A stretch of DNA of 64,000 nt from the NCBI RefSeq assembly GCF_008831285.2, contig NC_045138.2:558001-622000 (forward strand), read 5' to 3'. Position numbers and translations under genes: made by a program. Source of the stretch: Nymphaea colorata (Eukaryota). How positions within the stretch are numbered: position 1 is the first letter of the stretch; each line of letters starts with the position of its first letter. Below the pieces are notes generated by a model that saw only the letters and a list, made by a program, of their open reading frames with translations, made no database searches and was not told where the DNA came from. Positions 1 to 11,998 of this stretch are shown piece by piece.

Positions 1-798
1 GTACCTAGCTCGACTCGGGCTCGAAAAAAGGCACCGGGTTGACCCGATAACTTAGTGGACCGGTCCGGGTAGGCCAGACTAAGCCAGGTTCGACCCGATA
101 AGATTTTATATTAATTTTATTGATTTTTATATATTATAATATCTTATTACGATTAGTTATTTTTATGTATTATTTTATACTAATATACATATTTTTTAGT
201 TTTAATCGGGCCAGGATTGGGCTTGGGTTTTAATTGTCGGGTCGGCTCGATAAGCAGGCCTAGGTGGAGCCAGTAATTTTTCGTTGAACAGATCAAAACT
301 ATAATTTCATAATTTTAACAGAAGCTGTAATAAAAACTTTCAGAATTTTTATTTATGCTAAACTAAAATTTTTGAAATTTACATATAAATTTTTAAATTT
401 GAACCTCGGTGTGAAAACTGGTCGTTGTCGATAGTATTCAGTTGAGGTCTGTCACTTAGATGTAGACTGAACAGGTTAATTGCAACAAGACTCTGTGATC
501 ACATGCACTTTTGCACTCACACATTGGTTATATTGCTTGGATATACAATGAATCGAACCAATTTGAACTCGACTTGAACTTGTTTGTATATGCTCAACTT
601 GATCTCGACTTGAACTTGTTTGAATTATGAGTCATAAAAGAGTCGAGTTCGAGTTCAAAGTCGACTTGACTCGTGTCTTCCCTATAACACTCTTTCCATG
701 GTTTCATTTTCATTAAAAAAAAAAAAAAGAATCAAGTGACACATGCTTAAATGAATTGAGCCAAACAATATATAACCCAGCCAAACTCGAGTTGAACT

Positions 799-1176
799 TA
801 AGGCTGGGTGTCAGATCGGGCACCTAGCCTGACTCGGGCCCGAAAAAAGGCATCGGGACCGGCTCGGGTGGGCCTGACTAAGCCTTGTTTGACTCGATAA
901 TATTTTTAATATTAATTTCATTGATATATATACATACATATATATATATATAGTATTTTATTGAATTATTTATATTTATATATTATTTTACATTAAAAAC
1001 AAATTTTTAATTTAATCGGGCAGAGCTGAACTCGGTTTGAGCTTGGGTTTTGGGTGTCGGGCCAAGCCCAGGCCCTGGTTTCGGGTGTTAGGCCAGGTCC
1101 AGGCCTGGGTTTTGGGTATCGGATGGACCCCAGCACGACTCCTTATCGAACCGGGCCGGACCAATGCTCAGGTCTA
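799..1176. mobile_element. hAT-like MITE with GC-rich ends and an AT-rich core; related partial copy at 1-260 and a degenerate one near 28490-28720
   Basis: Ends TAAGGCTGGGTG / TGCTCAGGTCTA; flanks GTTGAACT / ACTGAACT (6/8). The left arm is shared with 1-100. Confidence 0.6.
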
Positions 1177-1951
1177 ACTGAACTCCAGTCGAGATCCGCT
1201 CACTCGTAGCACATTCGTAACTTCCTGCATAATCTGCCCTTCACTTGACTCGTATAAAAGAAAATAAATAAGTGTAGCTCGTAGCCGGAATATTTATGCC
1301 CTAAATTTTCCAATAGTTAACAGTTAAAGACGATTACTGAGAGTGTAGTTAGGATATCGACAAGATCCACGAGCATCCAGTAAAGTTTAAGTGCAACACT
1401 AGGAGTATGGTGCGAGGGCGTCAAGTGGTTTGGATTTTTCTTCCAACGAGTGACCCGAATCTTTATATTGGGGTATTGCTGGGGATGTCCACCCTAAGAT
1501 ACAATCTACTGTTTTGATTCATATGCAGATTTGACTGGTTGGATTTCATAAGAAAATCCAAATCTGTTTAGGAAAACTGGATGGACGTTTGTTATCGTAT
1601 TTCATAGCCAATTTCGGTGGACACCTGAATCAGATTACATGGAAAAATTTGGATAATTAGTATTTGTATACCTAAATCTGAATAAGACTCTGATACTAAT
1701 AAACAATACCAAATTACTCAATTATGTTGATGTTATATCCGATCCAAATCTAATTAGTCAACGTCCCTAAGCAGTGATTCTATTTCTTTCTATCAGAAAT
1801 TTTCTGACTTTTATTATCAAAAATAAAAAATATTTGAATACCGCAAAGTCAGCCACGGTCCATTGTTGTGGCGGACAAGCGAGTGGCCCCGACCATTTGA
1901 GAGATAAAAGGGCACGAAGTTTTTCAATAGATATTCACTCGTGTGCGAGCC

Positions 1952-1989
<38 letters not shown>

Positions 1990-2956
1990 ATCCATCGTTG
2001 ATCGAGAGAAAGAGATGGAGAGAAGAAGGGCTCTACTGGACCCAGGGAGTTCGCAGACTTCACTTTCATGCTTCTTCTCTTCTCTTCTGTTGTTCACAGC
2101 TCTGGATTGCAGGTTTCTTCTTCTCGAGTTCTCCTCTCTTCTTCGATCACAAAGGGATCTCCATGGGCGAGGGATGAAGATATATTGGTTCCATCCAACG
2201 AGCTAGAAAGTTGAGCATAAGGTCTATGATGGAGTCGATATCTGGATGCAAGTGAAATTTTTGGGGATAGTACAGATAAGACTGTCCATGACGCCGTGTT
2301 AACAAGGTAAGCTAAAGCTTGAATATAGTGTACTGGAGGCTTTGGTACAATGTCTAAAGAGTAGTTATCACAAATTATATAATATATTCATTTGCTGGTC
2401 TTTAGTTACTCCTTTTGGGTATGTGTATGTTAGCTAGGTTTTTCACTAGATAGTTATGTAAGAAACTACTTGTTCAGGTAGTCTAGTCACTGATCTATGG
2501 TTACGACTACCGCTGCAACAGGCAGGCTTAAATTATTTAAGAGGATGTCTTGCTCTTGTTCACCAGTATCCATCTAATTATTTACAATTTTATGCGCATA
2601 GTGATGCCTAGTGGAAATTCCTCACTCCTCGTAAATTATCACATATCTTAAAAGTTTCCTCTGATCGTGTGTTTTTATGTATATTATTATTCAAAATAAA
2701 CTGTCACATCTATAATATCCTAAAATATCATCAAATGACATCTTTTGTGGATACAAATAACTTTCAAAATCTCACATTTTCCCAGAAATAATATAGCAAT
2801 AGAGGCAATATTTTCTCTTTGGCTTAATATAATTTTATTGAAAAATACAACCTAAAAAAGAAAGACATCTTCACCCCTAGGTGCAGTGAAAGAGATCGCA
2901 AGGATATATAGAGGCTCGAGTAATAGCTTTGACCAATCCAGGGAACACACACACAC

Positions 2957-2990
<34 letters not shown>

Positions 2991-3124
2991 CATACCATTT
3001 TGTGTACTTTATCTTCTTCTTCTTTTATATGAATGCTTCTTATGTTGTTCTTTCATGTCTCTCATCTTCAAAACTCATTCATTATCAACTCTCTTGTCTT
3101 GTTTTTTTTTCCTTTACGTTGTAG

Positions 3125-4068
3125 CTGAGGATCTTAATAGCATGAATTTCAAATTCATGCTACATGTTAAAAACCATGAATTTAAGATCGGATTTGTGGG
3201 AGGTGTCCGATCTTAAATCCATCGACTTGAGATATTTGAGTTTTCAGATCATCATGGATCTTAGATCTACGGTTAACCAAACACAACCTTACACTTTCAA
3301 TTCTGCACTTATGGTCTCAAGAATGCACTCTCACATGCTTTAGTCTTGTTTTTGTTTTTTTTTGATTGGTTTCGGGTTTTAACTTATTGTCTTAAGGATG
3401 CAGTTCCATTGCTATTGCACATTTTCTTCTTTGCAAGTTCCATTTCGTGAATCTATGTCTTCCCTTTTATGTGGGCAGCCTTAAATTTACAGGATGGTGA
3501 TGCCTTGGCAAACCAATGTAGTAAAATAAAAGCAGCCCAAGAGGTCCAATCGTGTGTACTACCATATTGTTTCTTTTTTCTTTTGTTATCTATTCATGAA
3601 GATGAAGATAGATGTGTGGTCTTTACATACAATTGTCCTCAAAGCAGGGGCTAAAACAAGTGTGGGCTACCTGTGGTCTAAACATGACTATATATGTTGT
3701 TTCCGAAAGCATCCTCTTTGCCCTTCAACTCAATTACACTCCAAAAGTCTACCGATGTGCTGTAAAATAAAATTCCAAAGGGCCTCTGACCCAAGTTGAA
3801 CAAAGGTGAGACCTCAAATCCTCGGATCTCATACATTCAATTTGAGTTTGATAGCCTTAGTTCTTAGATCTGATGCTACATAAATGGGCATGTTTTGGGA
3901 GATTTCAATTTAATCAAGCAATGAATCTCAGTAGCATGGATTTAAGATCCATGCTACATGTTAAAAACCATGGATTTAAGGTGTGACGGAAGGATGTCCG
4001 ATCTTAAATCTATGGATTTGAGATCCTAACCACGGACCTGAGATTCAATGTGGAACAAACACAACCTC
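3125..4068. repeat. Two copies (~3125-3290, ~3930-4068) of a MITE-like repeat ending AAACACAACCT
   Basis: Shared CATGCTACATGTTAAAAACCATG...TGTCCGATCTTAAATC and the same 3' end, which resembles a PIF/Harbinger (Tourist) terminus. Confidence 0.55.
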
Positions 4069-6581
4069 ATTTATAATAGATCAGACCTGAGATCTGAGGT
4101 AAACAAGCACTGCCAACTTTTTGAACTCCTAATCATCACAAAGTTGAGAGTTCGAACTACGCCTAGCCAAGTGGATGGAACTCTTGTTGCTTTTATTTTT
4201 TATTTGGAAATTAAAGAGAAAAACGTCGCTGTTAAATTTACAGGATGTTGATTTTGTGGGGTATAAAATAACCCTATCTTAGAGCAATGAATAACCATAT
4301 TTTATCCATTTATGTTTGATTTGTTCTCCCTTCCATATCACTTGTAGCTTCTGTCTTTCTTTGACTCCTTATTGGAAGAAATCAGAACAACATAGACAAA
4401 TGCAACCTGGCTAGTTGGTTTCTAAGAATGGCAATGGATCGGGTTGGATAAAAAAGTCTGATATGAGTTCATTTTGTCATGATTTTTGAGATTAATTGCA
4501 AGGGCTTCATAAACTTAGCTAGATGAAAAATGGGGGCATTTTTGTCATTTTGGAAAACATATAACCAATGACAAGATACTAATAGATGGGCACATTGTTC
4601 ATGACTCTAATGTGAATTGAGATGGAACCATTCCTTGTATGACACATCTAATAATATGGACTACAGAAATAGTACTCTTGCGACACCTAGAGCACATTGC
4701 ATGTTCGACGCCCAAGCATGCATACATGCTTGGCGCTCGCATGGGCTTGTGGGAGGAGTAATTTCACTGTTTATGAAAGAAATAAGAAAGAGTTTATTGA
4801 TTTCCTTCTTTACCCTTCAAGGAGGAGGCTTTTCTTTTTACAAACTGGGGACTTTCTGGTAATTTCAGTTTACTCTAAGTTCTACAATGTCAAAAGAGGT
4901 GACCATAAGGTGGAACAGGTTAGACCAATGTCAAATGTGAATCCAGATCCAACTATACAAAAGATCCAATTAATTATCTGGATCTAGGAATGGTAACAAT
5001 TGGATCCAAATCCGACCCACCCACCACCCCAAATGGCTTGCTGGAAGCAACTTTATAAGGAAACTGACTTCCCTTTAGAGACCAAGCATGCAATCAAATC
5101 CCTTTTGGATGCATATTTAAAGGCAAGGCGAACTAACCAAGGGAACTTATTTGGGATGGCCCAGCTGGGCTGCAGTCCAAATCAAGGCAACTTAATGTGG
5201 TTGGTGTACACATGCAACTTGGTTAAAGTTATTTCAAGTGCAATTTCTTGTAGCTTTAGGGTTCATCAACATGACTATATTTGATGTGATATGCTGGCTC
5301 TTACCAACCTTGATCAGGTTTATACCATATCTTATCCATTTGCAGCCCTACCAAGTCAAGGCCCATAGAGCAGAGATATAAAGCAACATGGATTGTGATC
5401 CAAATCTTTGACGAGTCGGGGGGCAGGTCCAAGTTGAGGTTCATATCAACTAAGGAGCTTAAACAGCACAGAAAATACTCTAAAAAAAAATATTTTACCA
5501 CATAAATAACTTCTTGAACTTTTGTCCATGCTAAAATAAAACAAAAATCCTTTTGAAGCACTGGTATATATAGGGTTTATGATTTTTTACCTCTAGAAAA
5601 AAAGAAAAAATTATGGTTTACATGAAATTTATTTTGTATTTCTAATACCAACAAGAAAACTCTGCCTCAAAAGCTTTGGTTTCGTATGGCTATAACTTTC
5701 ATGAAGCACTAGCAATCTTTTTCACTTCTCTAAGCAATAAAGATTGTTGGCAATTGGCATTCTCCCCAATTGCGACCTTCTCATAATGAAGCAAAAAAAG
5801 GCATCTGACTTCCGTAGTGGTTCAACTCAGTCAAGAATTTTAGGGCCTAACTTTATCCCTGTTCAAAAAATTAATAAAAAAATAGTTAGATTTATTCTTG
5901 GGGTCCTACCAATGACTGGGAATGCAAACGGATCCGATTCGGCTCCCAAGTGCTAGCACAGCAGGGCTGTCCATGGGCCAGATTTGGTTCGGATGTCCCC
6001 CTTACGGTCTTACCACGTGTTTGCATATTTGGATTTGAATTCAGATTTAAATGCTATTGAATAAATGTTTATTCCATATCCATATCCAAATTTTAAATTT
6101 GAAATCTGAATCTAACTTTTAAGTTCTGAATCCAACCTGCTTTTTTTTATATTAACATGGGTATATGATATTTATTTAAAATTAAACCTAAATTAAGTTC
6201 AAATCCAAATCCTATCAGATATCATTTTCAGATCCAAATATGATGTAATTTCTTAAATTCAATGTTAATGTTTTTCTCTTCATGTCCGGCTGTTTTAAAG
6301 CAATCCATAATGAAATACCCGTTTTCAATCTAATCTATTGACATCCCAAAGTTAATTAACATACAATAAATCTGATGCCTATAAAACTATGGATGGTAAA
6401 GAACTCCTAACCTCATGAATCTGAAACTGATTCGTTTGCTTAATCAAATCCGAGTCATCATATAAGTAGGTTTCGAGGAATCAATGCATTTGGTATCCAC
6501 CAATACTTAAATAGCTTTATATTGGTGAATGCTTGCAAGTTGAAGCACGAGAAAATCTCACCACTTTTTACTTATTAGGAG

Positions 6582-7076
6582 TAGGGATGAACAATGAGTC
6601 GAGCTACTCGAACTCGACTCGTTAAAGCTCAGCTCATTTGCTTAACGAGTTGAGCTCGAGTTCATGGGTCGACTTGTTTAAATAATCGAGTTGAGTTCAA
6701 GTTCAACACGTAACTTCCAAGTCGACTCGAGCCTTAATCGAGTTTGTCGATCCTTAATCGAGTCGAGATCAAGCTCAATACATAATGATGGATATCAATT
6801 ATATTGAAACAAGTTTGTCGAGCCTTAATCGAGTGGAGCTCGAGCTCAACAAACAACAAAGAATATCAATTCTATTCAAATGAGTTTGTCGAGCCTTAAT
6901 CGAGTCGAGCTTGTGCTCAACACATAACTGCTGAATCTAGCTAGAGCTGCTTCCATCGAGCCATTCTCGAGCTCGAGCCGAGTCGAGCTCGATGTTTCAT
7001 TAGTTGACCCAACCTCGAGCCGAGTTGAGCTCGAGCTGACTGAACTCGGGCTCCACTCGGTTCGTGTTCACCCCTA
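6582..7076. mobile_element. hAT-type MITE rich in CTCGAG/GAGCTC in the copy 1 promoter
   Basis: TIRs TAGGGATGAACA / TGTTCACCCCTA; degenerate 8-bp TSD ATTAGGAG / CTTTGGAG. Confidence 0.8.
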
Positions 7077-7312
7077 CTTTGGAGCAAGAAAAAAAAAGGG
7101 AAACTTAAAGAAATGGGTTTTGACCAGCAAGTCAAGTGGTGTAGCTATATATCTCTTTCCACCTTTATGTTAGGTCTTTTTGTTTGTATTCGTGTGTTTT
7201 TGGACCGTAAGATTTGACATTTGGTATCAACTGGAGTCCTATAAAAGGGCACTGGGTTTCATTGTTAGGACTCAACAACACATAAACAGTTTGGAAAGAA
7301 AGAAAACCGGCC

Positions 7313-7535
7313 ATGGCGAAGGCGTACATGAGAAATTGTTCTCTTGCTCTTTGCTTGTTGGTGATCATCTTCTCTGTGGAACGGGAGATGGTGGCTGAGG
7401 CGAAGCACTACAAGATTGCCCGCTGCAAGGGAGGGAAGAAGCAGCACTCCCGCTGCCCTGCCTCTTACTACAAGTGCCCCGCTGCTTGCCCTCACCACTG
7501 TCAGTTTGACTGCGCATCCTGCAAGCGTATATACC
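7313..7535 (+). pseudogene. Orphan exon 1 of the root-cap gene (copy 1): frame and splice donor intact, no adjacent exon 2
   Basis: 223 nt with 4 substitutions versus 23088-23310, including CKPIC to CKRIY. GTAAG donor at 7536. Intron homology runs to the (AT)n at ~8315 and stops. Unspliced read-through ORF 7313-7606 (97 aa). Functional status unresolved. Confidence 0.75.
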
Positions 7536-8436
7536 GTAAGTGTTCGCCAACTTTAGCCATTTCGAAACTCCAAACCTTTTTTATAACAGAGAGAAAGTTG
7601 CCTTAAAGTAGGGAAGAACATTTTGATAATTTGTTAAAAAAATTATTTATTATAGTTTTACTCTTTTATTTTATTTCTATCTTTACAAAAAAAATTTTTA
7701 TTGTAAAGGAAATGTATTTTAATCATTAACCATATGGTGCACCAATTTTCAGATAGCTGATAATAATGTTCATTTTGCTCTCTCACTCTCTCTCTCTCTC
7801 TCACTCTCTCTCGGAAAGTATAGTTGTGTGCACCAATCTTGGTCACCGATTTAGATCTCGGATATTACTAACAGAAAGTGTAAAGTTGTGAATCATATGA
7901 TCATGTTGACGGAAAGTTGAGATTAGTACAATTTTCGTATTTAATTAGTGTTCAAATTCGAGGAAACACACACAAGTATGTAGTCACAAATATCGTTTTT
8001 GCATTTTAATGATGAGGTTCTCTCGGGTACAATATCATGAGCTTAAAAAAAAAATGAACAAACACGATAAATTTTTTAAATAAATTAAAAAACTTAAAAA
8101 TTAGGAAAACAACAAAAGTGAAAAAACTAAAATGACAACGTTAAAAAATAAGTACATGACGAGCAAGTAAATATAAAAAAATAAAAACAAGCAATTTCAC
8201 CTTAAAAAAGAAAAAAACATGAAATCGCCAGGAGCTTTTTTTACCTTTTTCGGCTTACCTATTTTTTCCTTTTTTACCACTTTTTTTGAAAAAAATGCAT
8301 TTTTTGTGGCCATGATATATATACATATATATAATCTGACATTTTTCATCTATCTTAAGCTTCTCTAACTACGGCATTTCAATGCAATACATCATGTTGT
8401 GTGCTATGAGAGGCGGGCAAACTTTTCCATCCAAAC

Positions 8437-8475
<39 letters not shown>

Positions 8476-8574
8476 TAAACACAAGTCCTTGAATTGGTTC
8501 TTCTTCTTAAGTATCAAGTATTAGATATATATCATTCTTTAGTTCGGCCCCTAAATTGGCCATATAGATGGGGA

Positions 8575-8754
8575 TCAGTATAATCTGTTTGGCTTGTCGA
8601 AACCTTTATTGACACATAGCTTTGGTCATAATCTGTTTGGCTTCTAAATACCGCTGTGTTACAGGGATGGGGCGTGGCTGTCCTGGTTGGTGTCCCTCAT
8701 ATCACCCGAAGCTGTGTCAATAAAGGTTTCGACAAGCCAAACAGATTATACTGA
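8575..8754. repeat. Perfect 42-bp inverted repeat with a 96-nt spacer
   Basis: TCAGTATAATCTGTTTGGCTTGTCGAAACCTTTATTGACACA (8575-8616) is the exact reverse complement of 8713-8754. Confidence 0.95.
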
Positions 8755-8755
8755 A

Positions 8756-9755
8756 ATCTTAAATCTGAATTCAAATCTGAATATGCAAACATTTGATGCA
8801 TCAAATATGGTTAAATCGAAAGGGGACATCCAATCCAAATCTGGCCCATGGACATCCCTGCTGTGTTAGCACTTCGGAGCCGAATCGAATTCGTTTGCAT
8901 CCCCAGTCATTGGTTGGACCCCAAAGTAAAGCTAACTATTTTATATATATATATATTTTTGAACAGGGATAAAGTTAGGCACTAAAATTCTTGACTGAGT
9001 TGAACCACTATGAAAGTCAGATGCCTTTTTCTTTGCTTCATTGTGAGAAGGTCGCAGTTCGGGAGAATGCCAATTGCCAACAATCTTTATTGCTTAGAAA
9101 AAAGGAAAAAGATTGCTAGTGCTTCACCAAAGTTATCGCCATAAGAAACAAATGCTTTTGAGGCAGAGGCTTTTTGTTGGTATTAGAAATGCAAATAATT
9201 TTCACGTAAATCATAATTATTTTCTTTTTTTGTAGAGGTAACAAATCATAAAACCTATATATGGCAGTGCTTCAAAAGGATTTTTGTTTTATTTTACTAT
9301 GGACAAAAGTTCAAGAAGTTATTTATGCTGTAAAAATATTTTTTTTTCTGAGAACATTTTCTGTGCTGTTTATGCCCCTTCGTTGATATGGACCTCAACT
9401 TGGACCTGCGTCCAGACTCGTCAAAGATTTGGATCACAATCCATGTTGCTTTATATCTCTGCTCTCTGGGCCTTGACTTGGTAGGGCTTCAAATGGATCA
9501 GATACGGTACAAACCTGATCCAGGGCTTCAAATGGGTCAGTTTGACACGAAGATCACTGTGGGTGTGTTCCATAAATCTGTCACAAATATTCAGACAAAT
9601 TTATGGTAAAATTTGTTTAAGTAGTCCACGAATATATCAAATATTTGGAAAATTCATTAAACAATCACACAATGTTCCTCATGCCAAACAGCCTCTACCG
9701 GATCCATTTGCAGACAAAAATAAAACACATAGATAGAATTGGATTGTGGGATACA
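8756..9755 (-). repeat. Inverted ~1-kb duplicate of 20895-21930 (also of 5311-6050)
   Basis: The reverse complement matches throughout, e.g. GGCCCATGGACATCCCTGCTGTGTTAGCACTTCGGAGCCG and CAATCACACAATGTTCCTCATGCCAAACAGCCTCTA. Confidence 0.9.
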
Positions 9756-9881
9756 CATGAATAATGAACAAAAAAGCTGGGAAAAGGGATTAAAAAAAGA
9801 TAAAAAAAACTCAAGAGATAGGGAAAGACTTGGCATTGCTTTAAAAAAGAGAAGAACTACAACTCTTGGAAAGAAGCAAAA

Positions 9882-10903
9882 TTAAGTCCCAACACCAAGA
9901 AAGTCTATGAATCCAACATTCTTATGCATGGTGCAGGACTCCTCTGGTTCCTCACTGTGGCTGTTCATAACCCTGAACTTCTGCAGACCAGCCGCTATCT
10001 CCTTGCAGAGGCCTGAATTGATGGTATCAGCAGCTTCTTCGTATGTGGAAGGCTTGGTTAGGAAGTTGCTCATGGTGATGTCCCCAGGGCTGCTGCTGAT
10101 GAAGTTGTGAGACCTTCTCTTCCCAAAGAGGCGGACATTGTCTTCCTCCTCCTCTGAAAAGGGCCTCCTGTTAAGGCTAGGGTCTAAATGATTAAACCAC
10201 CTGAACCTACAACTTTTACCTACAAGCAAACAGTAAACCCCAGAAAAGAGAAAATTTCAATATTGGTATCCTGTGCTAATTTTGTGAAATTACAGCAATA
10301 ATGACAATAATTTAACTAATAATCTTTTAGAAAACAAGTTTTAGATCATCGTATGTTTGTTCTTTCATTCAAAAGAGTTTCTTTTAAGCATATAAACATG
10401 CTAACGTTATTCAGAAATGGAGTTTTGATTGTTAAACTGGGTATACATGGCAGATTGTGGGGTTTGAGCTCGAAATTAGACCTCTTGGTTAAGATGGTGC
10501 AACTCTACCAGGTCCGCCTTCATTCTGGCCTGGTTGTTTTATTATTATCAGCTCTAATTTCTCCTCGAGGACGTGAACATGATGGGAATATGCTGCGAAA
10601 TCGACGAAGAATGAATGGTTTCTTGTTTTTGCTGCTTGATCGTGTTGCTGATTTCAACACTTGTTATTGAAGTTCATAAAGGAGGAAGAAAGGAAGATGA
10701 AGAATACCAACTTCTGCAAGAACTTTTGCAAGAGAGAGAGAGAGAGATGTTCAACAGCATGTACCTGATCGACCTTGGAGTTTGGCTGCGATGGAATTCC
10801 AATTCTGAGGGCCGTATTGCTCCACGAGCTGTCTGAGCTTTTCGTCTTCTCCTGGCGTCCAGTGGCCGCGGCGACGGGAAGCGCCAGCACTTGCCTCATC
10901 CAT
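9882..10903 (-). CDS. Subgroup-21-type MYB (MYB52/54/69-like) lacking its R3 repeat; 158-aa open spliced ORF, possibly a young pseudogene
   Basis: Exon 1 10903-10765 (absent from the ORF track) encodes MDEASAGASRRRGHWTPGEDEKLRQLVEQYGPQNWNSIAAKLQGRS, then G|GTAC donor. Exon 2 10219-9882 after TTGTAG encodes GKSCRFRWFNHLDPSLNRRPFSEEEEDNVRLFGKRR...FIDFLGVGT*. 139+338=477 nt, in frame. The C-terminal FxDFL motif is typical of subgroup 21. Confidence 0.8.
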
Positions 10904-11833
10904 CCTTGACGACCTCAATCGACTCCTCAATTCTTCATCTCTCTCTGTATCTTCCTCTTACTTATAGAAGTTAGAGAGAGAGAGAGAGAAGTCGTGTTAG
11001 TGTAGTTTAGGAGTCACATTTGTTGGTTCCGCACGATATGAAGGTGCAGGACTTGCGTATATTTTACAAAACCCATCACTTTTCGCTATCATGTTTGATA
11101 ACTCAAGAATCTACACTCAACACCCATGTGTATTTGTGAAACCCCTATCATTCTCCATAGCAGCAATTTAAGAAGTATAGAATAGAAACGAACTATGAAT
11201 TATTTGAGAAAGAGTAGAATATACTTGCACGTCTTTTACTTTTATAGGCGGCAGGAAAATTACCATCAGTAAAAAGAATTAGGAAACGAAGATGCGTATG
11301 AAGCATGACGTACGTGGGATTCTACCTATGGCATGAATGAACAAATCACATAATTCAATGCATCTGAAAGCTTTCAGTTTCTCTTTTGTACGTTAGGTTG
11401 ACATAAATGAGGTTGTACCACTTTGCATATCATGAAATAATATTCCATTATCAGCAAAATGCATATAAAGATTCATGAGAAATTCTAATCAAGTTTGGTC
11501 TACGTCCTTTATTTGGATTCCAGAAACTGCAACCAAACCAGCAGAGCATTAAGTGCACGTCTGTTCTTTCGTGTTCCGACTGTGCAATTTAAAGCATCTA
11601 AGTGAACTGACTTGATGCATGTGTACGCATCGTGTGAGAAAGGACTTCGTTCATGGTGAGTAAAGGGTTGGTGTGATTGTAGGATTTGAGTGTGTGTGTT
11701 GGTGTGGTTATAGTCAACAGACATCTTCGTAGCTTTAAGAATTACATAACAAAGGTGGTTTTTCATAAATAAAATTAAAAAATACATATCTTGAAATCTT
11801 TTACTGCTGCAGAAGCGTCGTCATCATCACCAC

Positions 11834-11998
11834 CAGGGGCAAAGGTAAGGCCCTGTCCTCACTTCAAAAAAAATAAAAAAATTACATATAAACTTTAAAA
11901 AATTTCACTTATCTTATATAAATATTTTGAAAAATGATATTTTCAAAATTTAGAAACTTTAATTTAGCCATCCAGAAAAATTTTTGGCCCCACCCCTG
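11834..11998. mobile_element. Short hAT-like MITE
   Basis: Ends CAGGGGC / CACCCCTG; flanks ATCACCAC / ATCACTGC; AT-rich core resembling segments near 260-410 and 30440-30560. Confidence 0.55.

Larger units (their letters stand above)
5311..8333 (+). repeat. Segmental duplicate (copy 1) of ~21172-24010
   Basis: Colinear homology over the upstream block, two MITEs, promoter, exon 1 and intron up to the (AT)n. Confidence 0.9.

Noticed and set aside
6582..7076. Regularly recurring TCGAG/GAGCTC motifs that look like a CRISPR array (also 13.3 kb, 22.4 kb, and CGATAC at 34.5 kb)
   Set aside because: No constant repeat with unique spacers. They lie between TIRs with 8-bp TSDs, so they are hAT subterminal motifs in eukaryotic DNA.
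5301..9736. Similar short ORFs (MDLNLDLRPDSSKIWITIH...) at 5301-5561, 9388-9609 and 21045-21284
   Set aside because: The frame is not preserved between copies; these are non-coding duplicates.
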